A DNA stretch of 64,000 bases, taken from NCBI RefSeq assembly GCF_009914755.1, contig NC_060944.1; one strand, 5' to 3'. Below the pieces are notes generated by a model. That model worked only from the letters and a program-made list of their open reading frames with translations. It made no database searches and was not told the origin of the DNA. Shown in pieces: positions 41,863-55,015 of this stretch. The stretch's first letter is position 1; each line of letters starts with the position of its first letter. The DNA comes from the human T2T-CHM13v2.0 reference genome, Homo sapiens. Both the position numbers and the translations under genes were made by a program.

Positions 41863-43444
41863 GTGAGAAGGTAGAGTTTGGGTGAAAGGTGAGGAGAGAG
41901 GGACATAACTGTAATGCAGTAACCCTAGGCCATACTTAACGTCTGCAGGTATAGACTACTTTCCATGTTGTATTGGTTGCTCTACCATCTTGGGATTTGC
42001 AAACATAACTCACATGGTGAACAAAGAAACTTTTGAAATAGTCAAAGCTTGAATAGTGATTCTAGGAATTATTGCAGAAATGCTGGTGTGCCACAACCTG
42101 TGGCTCTCTAAATAAGGTCTGTTAAAAACATAGTACAAATTGTGTGCGTGTGGGGTGGGTGGGGGAGATTAGGTATTATTCTGTCTGTTAGACTCATAAC
42201 CCTCTTACTAAAAGAAAAAAAATTATGATTCAGGGCTGTGTGATTTGTGCCCTGCTCTCTGACAAGCCCCGTAGATGATAGTGCGTTCAGTGCCAGGAAT
42301 TTCAGGTGTCTGTTAGACATGTCATTTTGCCCTAGTCGTGACCTCCCTAGTTAAACAGGGAGGGGCAGTTGACACGATTCCTGCTTTCCTTATGGGAAAT
42401 TGAAAGGAAGGAATGAAGCATGAACTAATATTGACAGTAGGCTTTGCACCGGTACTTCTGTTCTTTGTGATAGTCTTTGGAGGTGACTAAATGTGTGTCT
42501 CCATATTGCATAGGAGGACATTGAGGCTTTGAGAAGATAGGTGTCTTGTCCAAGGTCACACAAGTAGTGGATCTTGGGATTCTAATCTAGGCTGCAAAGC
42601 CTATGTTCCTCCCCTTACAAAAGCTCAGACCTTTCATTCCATTGTCTTCCAAAGGCCACCATTTTCCCACTCCAGTCCCTTGACTTGGCTGCTTCTCTAA
42701 CTTCTTCCATATCTATCTAAAGGAAATCAAGGTCACTGATGAAATATTTCCCTCAACAAATATTTGAGGCCCACCTATATCCCCTCAAGTGAAGTGTCAA
42801 GAAGGAAAATAAAGCAGGGCAGTGGGAGCGGAAAATGATTGCAGGCGGTATTAATGGTATTTTAAAGGTGTTTGGGGAAAGCCTTTCTGATGAGATGACC
42901 TTGAGCAGAGACCCGAAAAATTAGGAAGCAAGCCATGAGGATATCCAAGGGAAGGAAGGGCCACCAGGCAGTGGAAGCAGCACAGGGAAAGACCTCAGGC
43001 AGTGGGCGTACTGGGTTGGAGAACACAGCTCGGAGGCCTTGTGAGTCACGCAAGAAGCATCTCAGCCCCTCACTCTGCTTTCCCACCCCAGGAATTCACC
43101 CCACTGGGACCTGCAGTCTCTTGATTCCTCCCCCACCTCTTCCTAGTCCTCGAGTCCTCATTTTCTTCTTTATTCAGATTGGAGTCTCTCTTTTCACTTC
43201 CTCACACACACCTTCAACCCATTTTCTTCTCTTTCTCCCTTCAGTGTAGTCTCCTGGCAAAATCCCTAAACAGGTTAAATCACATTTTAAAAATACTTAC
43301 TACTAAAAGGACCACTTCATTTATTCTTACTGTCAAAATCATAATCTGCAAAAATTGCAAGCAAGTTAATGTAAAGCTAGCCATGTATGTAATTTTGTTT
43401 CTCTGTTTCACTGACCTAAAGGTCTCATGTAGCTTCCTTTTAAA

Positions 43445-43660
43445 ATACTTTTTTAATTTTGATTTTTAATTGTGGTAAAATACATATAAAATGGTAAGCT
43501 ACATAAAACACAAAGGTGTACAATTTAGTTGTGCTAAGTATTCTCATGTTGTTATACAACCAGTTTCCAGAGTTCTTTTCGTCTTGCCAAACTGAAACTC
43601 TATACCCGTTAAACAATAACTCATCATTTTTCACTTCCCATATCACCTGGCAACCACCAT
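43445..43660 (-). mobile_element. L1M 3' end fragment
   Basis: TTTTTAATTGTGGTAAAATACATATAA..AACTGAAACTCTATACCCGTTAAACAATAACTC. Confidence 0.78.
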
Positions 43661-44176
43661 TCTTAAATTTAGCTTTTTGTCTGTTCCTTTCCCGAACCTG
43701 TGTAGTGGAATGTGGCTGGGAAAAACTAACATGTCTGAGTTGACTTTTCCTCCTATTTCTCTACATGGACATGCTATTTTCTAAACCCGCCTCTCTGTGT
43801 ATTAGATCTGCTCCTTCTCATCTAGCCAAGGCCATTGCTCCAACAATGCTCCCTCTTTCTCCTGCATTCTCCATTTTTTACTCTTTACTGGATCATTCTC
43901 AATAGCATAAAAACATGAATTTTTCCCCCACTTGGGAAGATTTTTTTCTTGACCTCATATCTTCCTCTAGCTACTGCCTCATTTCTCTGTTCTTTTTAGC
44001 CAAACCACCTGAATGGATTGCCTGTGCTGTCTCTCTACTTCCCGTCCTCCCAGTTGCTGATGACTTCCTTGTTGCTGAACTCAATGGTGGATTCTCTGCC
44101 CCCATCTTAACTTCACCCCAGTAGTATTTGGCCCAGTAGATTATTTCTTCTTCCTGAAAATACTTTCTTCACTTGG

Positions 44177-44535
44177 TGTAGTAGTTGGAATAATGCCTCC
44201 TGACCCCCCACCCCGCAAACACCCATGTTTTAATCCACAGAACCTGTGTATATGTAATCTTATATGGCCAAGGGACTTGGCAGGTGTGATTAAATATCTT
44301 GAGATGAGGAGATTACCCTGGATTATTTAAGAGGGCCCAGTGTAATCACAGGGTCCTTGTAAGAGGAAGGTGGGAGAGGGGGAATGAGAAGGAGGTATTA
44401 CCGTGGAAGCAGAGGTTGGAGCGATGTGCTTTGAAGATGGAGGAAGCAACTGTGATAAGGCATAAGATAATTAATTGGTGATATTCCAAGCCACTAAATT
44501 TGTGGTAATTTGCTACAGTAGCAGTGGGAACTAGG
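44177..44535 (+). mobile_element. MLT1 (MaLR) LTR fragment
   Basis: GGGACTTGGCAGGTGTGATTAAA..GATTACCCTGGATTAT; AAGCCACTAAATTTGTGGTAATTTGCTACAG. Confidence 0.8.
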
Positions 44536-45180
44536 ACCCTGCATTATTCTAGCTTTCCTCCTCTCTTTCTGTGTCTTTTCAGCCTCCTTGCTGGTTTCTT
44601 CACTCCTCCTTGACCTCTTCATATTAGCCCCCTTCTTTAGCTGGTTTCACTGGCAGCCATTCTCACCCAATTTCATGACTATAAATAAGAGTTTTTCTGC
44701 GAATGATTTCCTAATTTACATCTCTAGTGTTGACCCTTCCACCTTGAACTTGAGACCCATATATCCAACCTCCTACTCAGTTTTATTAGTTGGATATCTT
44801 GATAGGCATTTCAAGCTTACTCTGCCCCACACTGAACTTCTGACCTTTCCTCTAAAACTTGTTTCACTCATGGTCTTCTCCATCTCAGTAAATGGCCCTC
44901 ATCATTCCTGTTGATTGGGACCAAAACCAGCATCTGATATCCTGTCACCGCCTCTACCACTGCCACCTGGTACAGGTCTCTACCATGTTCAGTTGATTTA
45001 TTGCAGTAGCCTCCCAGCTGGTCTAGCTACTTCGTTTGTTCCTCTTGCTCAGCCATCATTCTAGTCTCAACATAGTAACCAGAGTGATCCTCTTAGTAGA
45101 AGGCAGATCATGTCTCCCGCTCCACATAACACCCCCACGACTCCCCCCATCACCAAATTAAAAGCCAGAGCCCCCCCCCC

Positions 45181-45339
45181 TTTTTTTTTTTTTTTGAGAT
45201 ACAGTCTCATTCTGTCACCCAGGCTGGAGTCAGTGGCATGATCTTAGCTCATTGTAACCTCAAACTCCTGGACTCAAGCAATCCTCCCATCCTGGCCTCC
45301 CAAAACACTGGGATTACAGATGTGAGCCCCCTGCCTGGC
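45181..45339 (-). mobile_element. Alu monomer (FLAM/AluJ-like)
   Basis: Single-arm antisense Alu. Confidence 0.82.
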
Positions 45340-47057
45340 TTTAAAGCAGAGTCTTTCACTGGCCTCTGTTACCGCAAGACTTTTACTATTTTCCCCTCAC
45401 TCACTGCTCAAGTCATATGGGCTCCTTGCCAGTCACTCTTTCCTCCTAGCGCCTTTGTACTTGCTGTCCCCTCTGCCTGAAACGTTCCTCCCAGATAGTT
45501 ACATAGCTGGTTCTCATTTTCTTAGGCCTTTGTTTACGTATCACCTTAGCGAAGCTCACCCTGACCACCTTTTTGAAAATGTTGATCCCCCCCACCTTCC
45601 AGTGCCCCACTTTTTCTCCTCTGCCTTGTTTTTCTCTGTAGTTCTCTTCAGCTGATAAGTAAGCATAATATTTATTGTATATTGATTCTCTTCCTACCTG
45701 ATAATATAAACTTGAGGGCAGAGAGTTTTTGTCCTTTTTATTCTCTGCTGTTTCTAAGAGCCTAGTTATAAGAACTCAAATTTGTTAAACTAATTGGAAG
45801 GTTTTGAGCAGAGGATTGGTGGGCATAAAGCCCGATTGGGGTGGGCTCAGGAGGAGAGCAGGTGGCTACACTTCTCTGAAAAGAGTTTAGCTGCAAGGGG
45901 GAGCAGGGAAGCAGGTCAGTAGTGGGAGAGTGGTATGTAGGTGGAATACATGGCAGCAGGTTTGTGTGCTAGTGGTTTTCTTAGGAGGGAGAGAGAGAAT
46001 TTGCTGAGGTAGAGAAGACATGGGACGGCTGCAGAAGTTTAGTCTTTGAGGAAACGAGGGAATGGGATGCGCATGCCGCTTGGAGGACTGGCCGAAAGAG
46101 GCACTTGCCACTCCTCTGATGGGTGAAGGAGAGCAGGGAGCGTGAGGACAGCGTGGGTAGGTCCCCCGAAGCGAGCATCTGGCTTCTGCATTTTCACTGC
46201 GTATTTGTATAACTCACTAAACTATTATAAGTTACTTTTCTGGGTTGTAATTATTTGTGTAAATGAATTATTTCCTTTGTAAAAGTTCTTGAGGCTGCAA
46301 ATTGATTTTCTTTTTAATCTTAAAAATTAGTATTTGCCATTTTTTGCCACAGGCACCTAAACATCTTAGTGAATTAACCATTTTTTAAAAACGATCAGTC
46401 AAGCAATAACAAAACTAAAACCAACCTAACCACCCCAGGAGCTTGCTCATGGACTGAGCCACTGAGCAGGAAGGAGAAGTTGGCGGTCCTTTATCCTCTG
46501 TGACTGAGGTGATCTCTTTCCTTTGTGTTCCATTCCGCTCACTTCTTCCCCTTCACCAAGGACATTCTTTGTTTCCCATCCCTGAGGAGGGTAGAGGTTC
46601 CTAATCTTTGGCATCACACCCAATCTGGAATCCTTCAGCAGTTCCTCTTGCAATATTCACATTAAGAAGGCATCGAAAAGCCAGATGGCTGTTTGCCAGA
46701 GATACTGTGTTGGGGATTCTTAAATCCTAGTTCCCCAGGAGAATGCGAGCTCTCACCTCTGACAGCCTGTATCCATAGGGAATGTCATGGAACTGTCCCA
46801 CGGTACTGCCGGAGTCTCTGGTGCCCTTTGTTTCAAAGCACCAACCTACTCTTTTGATTCATTCAGGTCTTTTAAAAATGAGTTATACATATTTAAAATT
46901 CGAATCTCACCACCACCCACACATAATTAATTATATCAGTTCTTTGTAAATACAGATCCTGCTTTTTCTTCTCATTTCTTAATTATGAGCCTTTGTTCAT
47001 CACTTCTTCCCAAAAATACCCTTTCTTAATGTTTTTCCACCCCCAAAGCATGAGTTA

Positions 47058-47417
<360 letters not shown>

Positions 47418-47730
47418 TTACATAAGTGTATTTCTGCTGTGGGTCATGTTCAGAAACATTTAAAAACCTCTTTCTTATCAGACTTTACATTTTGTCAAAT
47501 GTAGGAAGAAGTTCATCCCCACGTCCAAGGCTTACATAGTTTAAGAGATAGAGTGCTATAGATCATTTTAGAGATCTGGCTTCGAGCCCCAGCATCTCAG
47601 CTCACTGCATATAGAAACCTGTCATGTAGTTTTTTTTCTGGCGGGGAGGGGGTCTTAGTTCCCACACCCAATAAATAAGTGCATGCTATTTTTTATTCCA
47701 GTGGAAAGTAAAAAGACTACTTAATGAAAT

Positions 47731-48055
47731 ATAGTGGTCCCTCCATATCCATGGGGGTTTGGTTCCAAGACCTTCTGAGGATACCAAAATCCAAGGTTGC
47801 TCAAGGCCCTTAAATGGTGTCGGATTTGTCTATAACCAACAAACATCTTCCCATATACTTTAAATACTCTCTAGATTACTTATCATAGCTAATGCAATGT
47901 AAATGCTATGTAAATAGTTGTTATTCTGTATTTTTAAAATTGGGTTTTTAATTGTTATTTTTATTGGTTTGTGGGGTTTTTTGGTCTGAGTATTTTCCAT
48001 TCATGGTTGGTTGAATCCACAGATACAGAACCCACAGATATAGGGGCCAACCGTA
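47731..48055 (+). mobile_element. MER2
   Basis: GTCCCTCCATATCCATGGGGGTTTGGTTCCAAGAC..GAATCCACAGATACAGAACCCACAGATA. Confidence 0.8.
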
Positions 48056-48422
48056 ATATAAATGAAAGCACTTGCAATTCTCAGAGACAAGGAACGATTT
48101 TTTCACAGGTGATCTTCAATATCTCTTTATGCTTGTTTTGTCAGGAGAGCTTTTGCAGGAACAGGCATTTAGAAAGCCTTTGCCAGATTCCCCCCATGTA
48201 CAGCTTCCTCACTTCAGGTAATTGAGTAGTGTCCTGTCTTGTTGACAGAGTGAATGCCTTTGGATTTCTTGCTTAATCAACTCATTGTTTGTCCACAGGT
48301 GCTGGCTTATTCTCAGACTCTGTATATTGGGAGAGAAACCGTTAACCTCCCCCAGAAATGTTTGTAGTCATACCTGTGTGATTTGTATATTTTCTCTATT
48401 TTTTGGTCTCATTTGTACTTAG

Positions 48423-48598
48423 ACAAAGAGGCAGCTGAACGTCTTTCAAAAACAGTAGATGAAGCATGTCTGTTACTAGCAGAATATAACGGGCGCCTGG
48501 CAGCAGAACTGGAGGACCGTCGCCAGCTGGCTCGGATGTTGGTGGAGTATACCCAGAATCAGAAAGATGTTTTGTCGGAGAAGGAGAAAAAACTAGAG
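48423..48598 (+). CDS. RPRD1B: RPRD1B coding exon 6 (DKEAAERLSKTVDEACLLLAEYNGRL...EKKLE; coiled-coil region)
   Basis: TAG acceptor; donor GAG|GTGAGT; 176 nt; cumulative 831 nt, phase 0; last exon not in window. Confidence 0.96.
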
Positions 48599-48968
48599 GT
48601 GAGTGCATTGAAGGCAGACCCAGACTGCCCACGTTTCCCTTCCTGTAGCCCACATTAGGAGGTTTTTATTATGCTTTAATTAACAACATTTTTATCGTTT
48701 AAAAATTCATGATGTGAATTCTGAACATCCATCAGATACTGTAATTATTTGAGCCCAGTTAAAAATTGAAGTCATGTTCTTATATGTCCAGGACAGAACA
48801 AACTGGATTGTAGGAAACAAACAGTGAACTCTTAATCACAGCCTTAGGATCTTAATATTGCTTTCGTTTGAACTCATGTTTTTAAAAAAATTACGAATTG
48901 AGGTACAAAAAGGATAGCAAATCAGTGAAAACCAAAGAATATGTTTGGTAGTATTTGGGAAGTGCTGA

Positions 48969-49296
<328 letters not shown>

Positions 49297-50453
49297 GTTT
49301 GGAGGTTTATTTCTGACTTTATCCATGCTGCGGCCAAGAAGTTGTCTGCCTCCAAGATCTATCTGTAATTAGCTCTTAAATGTCACAGTAGTATTTATAT
49401 AGCACAGTTCTCAAACTGTAAAAGACCTCATTTCTACCCTGGGTTGAGGACATTAGTCTGAGTGACCTTGGGGAGGGAGTTCAGAAACATTTCCTCACCA
49501 TACACTTGTTTGGCTTCGTAATTAAGTACATGGTAGTTTACCCTCAGTACTTGCTCCCGTGGGATAACAGAGCCAGCAGTGTGGATTTTTGGGAACTTTG
49601 CTGCCCCGGGCTGCTGCACTTCCTTTTCAGGAATGTCTGCTCTTCTTTTTTTAAGAGATATGGAAAAGAGTTGCAGCCAGTGGTTTTGTGAAGGAGGACA
49701 CTTCTGAGTTAGAGAGCCAGTCATGTTGTATTTCAAGAAATACTTCTTAAATCCCACTCAGAGTAGACAAGGGACAGGGAGAGCCATGTCACCTCCATGC
49801 TCAGGAAACGTGCTCTGGCACAGAAGGAGGGAACATTGAGCTATCTCTGAGGCTGAGATCATTGTATTTGCCTTTCAGCATGGTCATCTGACTTGAGGGG
49901 AAATGAGTGGCAGGCACTTTTTACCGTATCCTTACCTGCAGTGATTCTGGGAACTGTGTTGCGTAGTGGTAGCAGGAACTTCACATTCGTAGCCTGCTTG
50001 AATGTGGAAGATGGGAAAGGGCTGTAAAAATCCTACAGCTTAGATTTAGACATCGGCACTGACCAGAGATCCTAAAGGGAGTTTTACAGGCAGTACCAGA
50101 CGGTCATTTATCTGAAATGCTCATCTTTCACTGAGGAAGCATTTTCAGCACTGTGCCCCGGGACTAATAAGAGAGTGTAATTAATGATTCTGGTTGTAAG
50201 TCACCATGCCATCTGTTGAACTGCCCCTTGGCGACACATTAAGGGCTTTCTCTGATCTGTCAGACATTGATTATCATGAGCAGCTGTTGTTGGGTAGAAC
50301 GTGGCAAGCAACCATAGAGGACAGAGTCTTTGAGGAGATCGGGTTGGTAGAGCTGGTTAACTCTTTGTTCTGTTTTCCCTCCCCACAGTTGCACTCTGCT
50401 CTGTATATTGTTGGGGAATCATTCTGGTTTTTGTAGAACTAGTGGTTTGCTGG

Positions 50454-50473
50454 ACGCCACGAGAGGGCATTAA
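50454..50473 (+). promoter_or_regulatory. Candidate CTCF site
   Basis: CCACGAGAGGGCA in a locally CpG-retaining unique segment. Confidence 0.45.
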
Positions 50474-50742
50474 GGTGGAGAAACAGATTAGAGCTTTGGA
50501 TGCGTTCTGTAACTTTCCAGTCTGCGTTGCTCTGCGCGGTTCATTCAGTGGAATGGGGCTGGCATTCCATTGCTGAAGAAGCGGAACAGAAAGGCCCCAC
50601 CACTGGAACCAACGTACAGAGTCTGAACTGAAGGTTCTTATCTCAAACCATGTCTCCGAGGCACATGAGCAGAACCATTTATTGTAAAAAATAGAGCCGA
50701 TTTGCTGCATTAAAGAAAGCAAATGACTAGATACAGTATAAG

Positions 50743-50993
50743 GTTTTTTTCTGAGATGGAGTCTCGCTCTGTCACTCAGGTTGGAGTGCAGTGACGTGAT
50801 CTCAGCTCACTGCAGCCTCCACCTCCCAGGCTCAACCAATCCCCCGTCTCAGCCTCCTGAGTAGCTGGGATTATAGATTATAGGCATGTACTACCACGCC
50901 CGGCTAATTTTTTTTGTTTTTAGCAGAGACAGAGTTTCACCATATTGGCCAGGCTGGTCTTGAACTCCTGACGTCAAGTGATCTGGCCGCTTC
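50743..50993 (-). mobile_element. Alu (AluS, 5'-truncated)
   Basis: Antisense Alu lacking the 5' end. Confidence 0.88.
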
Positions 50994-53080
50994 ACAATAT
51001 AAGATTTGAGAGATGGTTTTAGTTCTTTTCTTTATCCACGCTTGCTAAAAATTTAGGCAGTCTGCTCTCCTGAACCTAAGATTTTTCTCTCACATTCTGT
51101 AATAGACTGGTCCTGTCCCATCACATCCCTATGGTGGTGGCCGAACTTGATAAATGTATGCCCCTTGAAAGATGCGTGAATACTGTGAATTCCTTCAGAT
51201 TGTCCAAAAGTCTCTCTGCGTGATGGGGCAGTACATAAAGTTTACCCACTTTTTTAACATTCATTTTTGTAACACAGCCAGTCCGTTTTAAAACTTCCAA
51301 ATCAGAATGCTAATTAAATATTTTATTTTTTAATCCTTTCATTGCCTTCAGGATATACATAGATGAAATTCTCAGAACTCTTTGGAGAAGTAGTTATTTG
51401 CTTGCGAGTCTGTTTTCATCCCAAAGCTCTAATATACTTAGGTTTTGTGCTTTCCTTTTTAACTTTGTATCTTGCTTTATGTAATAAGCATCTTTTTCTC
51501 TTTCACTTGGGAATTTTATGTCGGTGGCTCCTGCATGTCAGGATAGGGCGTGTGATGATTCAGAGCCTAGGATGTAGGAGAGGGAATTACGGCTCAAAGT
51601 AGGAGATTGTGTTTCTTCCCTCGAGGAAATCATATTCTGGTATAAAAAACACAGGTGAACATAAAACCAAACCACTTGATCGTACATAATGTAGATTAAG
51701 GAGGCATTTGGCGGTTCTGATTGTGGTTTAAGGTAAGTCCAAACTTCCTGTCAGGCAATAAAACCTTTTTGTAAAAGGAACTAGCAGTTGAAGAAGAGAA
51801 GCATGTTTATAAATGGGGAGCAGTTAGACTGGACCAGACAGGTATCTGAAGAAAGACAAAGTCAGATGTGGGAAGGAGGTGCTGCAGACCACCAGTGGGA
51901 GATTAAGGTCTGTGCTCTTTAAGAAGCTACGTATTCATTCAGGGAGTCAGCAAAGCCTGTGCCAGCCAGATGTACAAAGATGGGCACGATGCACTTCTCC
52001 CCTCAAAGGGCTTATGCTCTAGTCAGGGGGAAATAGCAGCAAACAAGGGGTTAGGGTAGAATTCAAGATAGGTTGTCAGTAAGGAAAATATTCTCACTTG
52101 TGTCTACCTTGAAATAGACCAAGAAAAAAATGAAGATGCTAATAATAATTTGATCAGATGCTTATTAAAATTGTGAGAGTTATCAAATCATGGACAGTTT
52201 CTGAAACTGTAATGCCTTCAGCAGGTCTCCCAAAGTTTGCTAGACTGTATACTCTTTGAGTGCTCTCACAGTGCCAGGAACATATTTGTTCCTCAGTAAA
52301 TACTTGTTCTGTGAAATCCATCACTTGATGTAACCTTTTTCTATAGAGAAAAGGGTTTTTTTTTAAGGTTGCATTAAAAGTGGCTTAACAAATCTGATTT
52401 AATGATTGGTTGTAAAGAATATGTTAGTACGGAAAGGTAACCATTTTTAGAAGTTTCTGTAGGTTTTCTCCTTTGTACTACTTTTCTTTTTTCCTTTAAG
52501 TAGAATTATGCTTTATTCTGAGATAATCATCTTTTTTTGTTTGTTTGTTTTTGACTTTTGCTTCAGGGTGTCATGATTGACTTTGGCCTATGATGTTGGC
52601 CCTTAAACACCAGGCAAGGGTGGAAGGAATGCTGCTGAAAATCTGTGGGTAATGTTTTTGTCATGAACATGAGAAAACCTAGAAATGGAGAAGGCACGTG
52701 GAAGGAAGCACAAATGGCAGCCCAAAGAGGAGGTTAGAGAATGTGGAGGGTATAGAAGAAAGCCCATTCAGAAAGGCAAAGGCCAAAGATACCAGAAAAG
52801 CCTTCCAGCTTCACTTCCAGAGCAAAGAGAAGCTTTGTTTGTGGTTGACAGAGGTGACTACATTACTCCCAGATGTCTGCTCAAAGCTCATAAGACATAG
52901 CGTGAGTGGGTTGGATAGGGTTCCTGTCTTGTCAGCGTGAATAAAGCATGATACAGACATGTTCTGTTAGCATGATCAGTGCATGTGGAAGAGTGTGTGT
53001 GTGAGAAAGAAACCTATTTGTACAAGTATTAAGGAAAGAAAAAAGGTCAGGAACCTGCAGTTTTCCCTTCTTAACTGTGA

Positions 53081-53374
<294 letters not shown>

Positions 53375-53534
53375 TAACTGTGAATTTTATTCAGATCATG
53401 GTGTCTGACTGTCAGCGATCTAGAACTGAAAGCAGATAGTCCTGTGTTGACCCACATGCCACATGGTGCACACACACAAAGATGATATGCCACACAGGGA
53501 AGAGCTCTTGAGAAATTTGTTCCAAGCTGCAGAT

Positions 53535-55015
53535 TTATTGTTTTAGTTGAGGTGAAATTCATATAACGTAAATTAACCATGCACTTCAAAGTGCACACAT
53601 TTTGGTGGCATTTAGTACGTTCACAGTATTGTATCAAGTTCCAAAACATAATTGTGTCTGGCTTCTTTCGGCACGATGTTTTCAAGATTCATCCCATGTT
53701 GTAGCATATATCAGTACTTCATCTCTTTTATGGTAGAACACTAATCTGTTGTATGGATGTGACACAGTTTATAACCTGTCTATGGACATTTGAGTTGTTG
53801 CCACCTTTTGGCTCTTATGAATAGTGTTGCTATAAACAGTCATGTGGAGGTTTTTGTGTGGCCATATCTTTTCATTTCTCTTGGTTATGTATAAATCTAG
53901 GAGTGGAATTGCTGGGTCATATGGTAATTCTATGTAACATTTTGAGGAACCATCAGACTGTTTTCCACAGCAGCTACATCATTTTACATCCCCACTAGCA
54001 ATGTGCGTGGGTTCCAGTTTCTCCACATCCTCATCAACATTTGTTATTGTCTCTTTATTTTCGACAACCTACATGTGCAGGTTTATCTCATTGTGATTTT
54101 GATTTGCATTTTGCTAATTACTAACGATACTGATCATCTTTCAGTATGCTTGTCGGCTGTTTATCTTTGGAGAAATGTGTGTTCAATTCCTTTGCCCATT
54201 TTCAAATTGGGTTATTTGCTTTTTTTGAGTTGTAAAAGTTCTTTATATATTGTGGATAATATACCTTTATCACATAAATGATTTGCAACTATTTTCTCCT
54301 ATAAGTTGTCTTTTCACTTTCTAGGTAATATCCTTTGATGTGCAAAAGTTTTTTATTTTTATGAGTTCCAATTTATCTATTTTTGTGGTTGTTGCTCATG
54401 CTTTTGGTGTCACATGTAATAATCTGTTGCCAATCCCAGGTCATGACAATTTTTTTCTGTGTTTTCTTCTAGAAGTTTTATAATTTTATGTCTTAAATTT
54501 ACGTTCTTAATCTGTTTTGAGTTAGTTTTTGTATGTGGTGTGATGTAGGGGGGGACCAACTTCATTCTTTTGCCTGTAGATATCCATTTGTCCCAGCACC
54601 ATTTGTTGAAGAGACTACTCTTTTCCTCCACCTGAATGCCCAGCACCCTTGTCAAAAATCAATTGGCCACAGATGTATTGGTTTATTTCTGGATTCTCAA
54701 TTCTATTCCATTAATGTATATGTCTATCCTATGCTCATACCACACTATCTCCATCACTGTAGTTTTGTAGTAAGTTTTAAAATCAGTAAGTATGAGTCCT
54801 CAGAGTTCTTTTTCAGTATTGTTTTGGCTATTTAGGATCGCTTGCAATTCCCTATGAATTTAACAATCACCTTTTCCATTTCTGCAAAAAAGGTAATTGA
54901 AGTTTTACTAGGGAATGCATTGAGTCTGCGGGTCACTTTGGGGAGTATTGCCATTTTAGCAGTCTTAAGTGTTTCAGCTCATGAACAGGGGATGTCTTCA
55001 CATTTATTTAAGTCT
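53535..55015 (-). mobile_element. L1M (L1MB-like) 3' region
   Basis: GGAGTGGAATTGCTGGGTCATATGGTAATTCTATG; ORF 54410..54655 [13 protein letters not shown] (ORF2 C-terminal remnant). Confidence 0.88.

Larger units (their letters stand above)
43790..45790 (+). mobile_element. L2 interrupted by an MLT1 LTR and an Alu monomer
   Basis: Pyrimidine-rich L2 motifs (TTGCAGTAGCCTCCCAGCTGGTCT; CAGAGTGATCCT). Confidence 0.72.

Noticed and set aside
46068-46080. TGCGCATGCC NRF1-like motif
   Set aside because: Incomplete palindrome in probable decayed repeat, outside a CpG island
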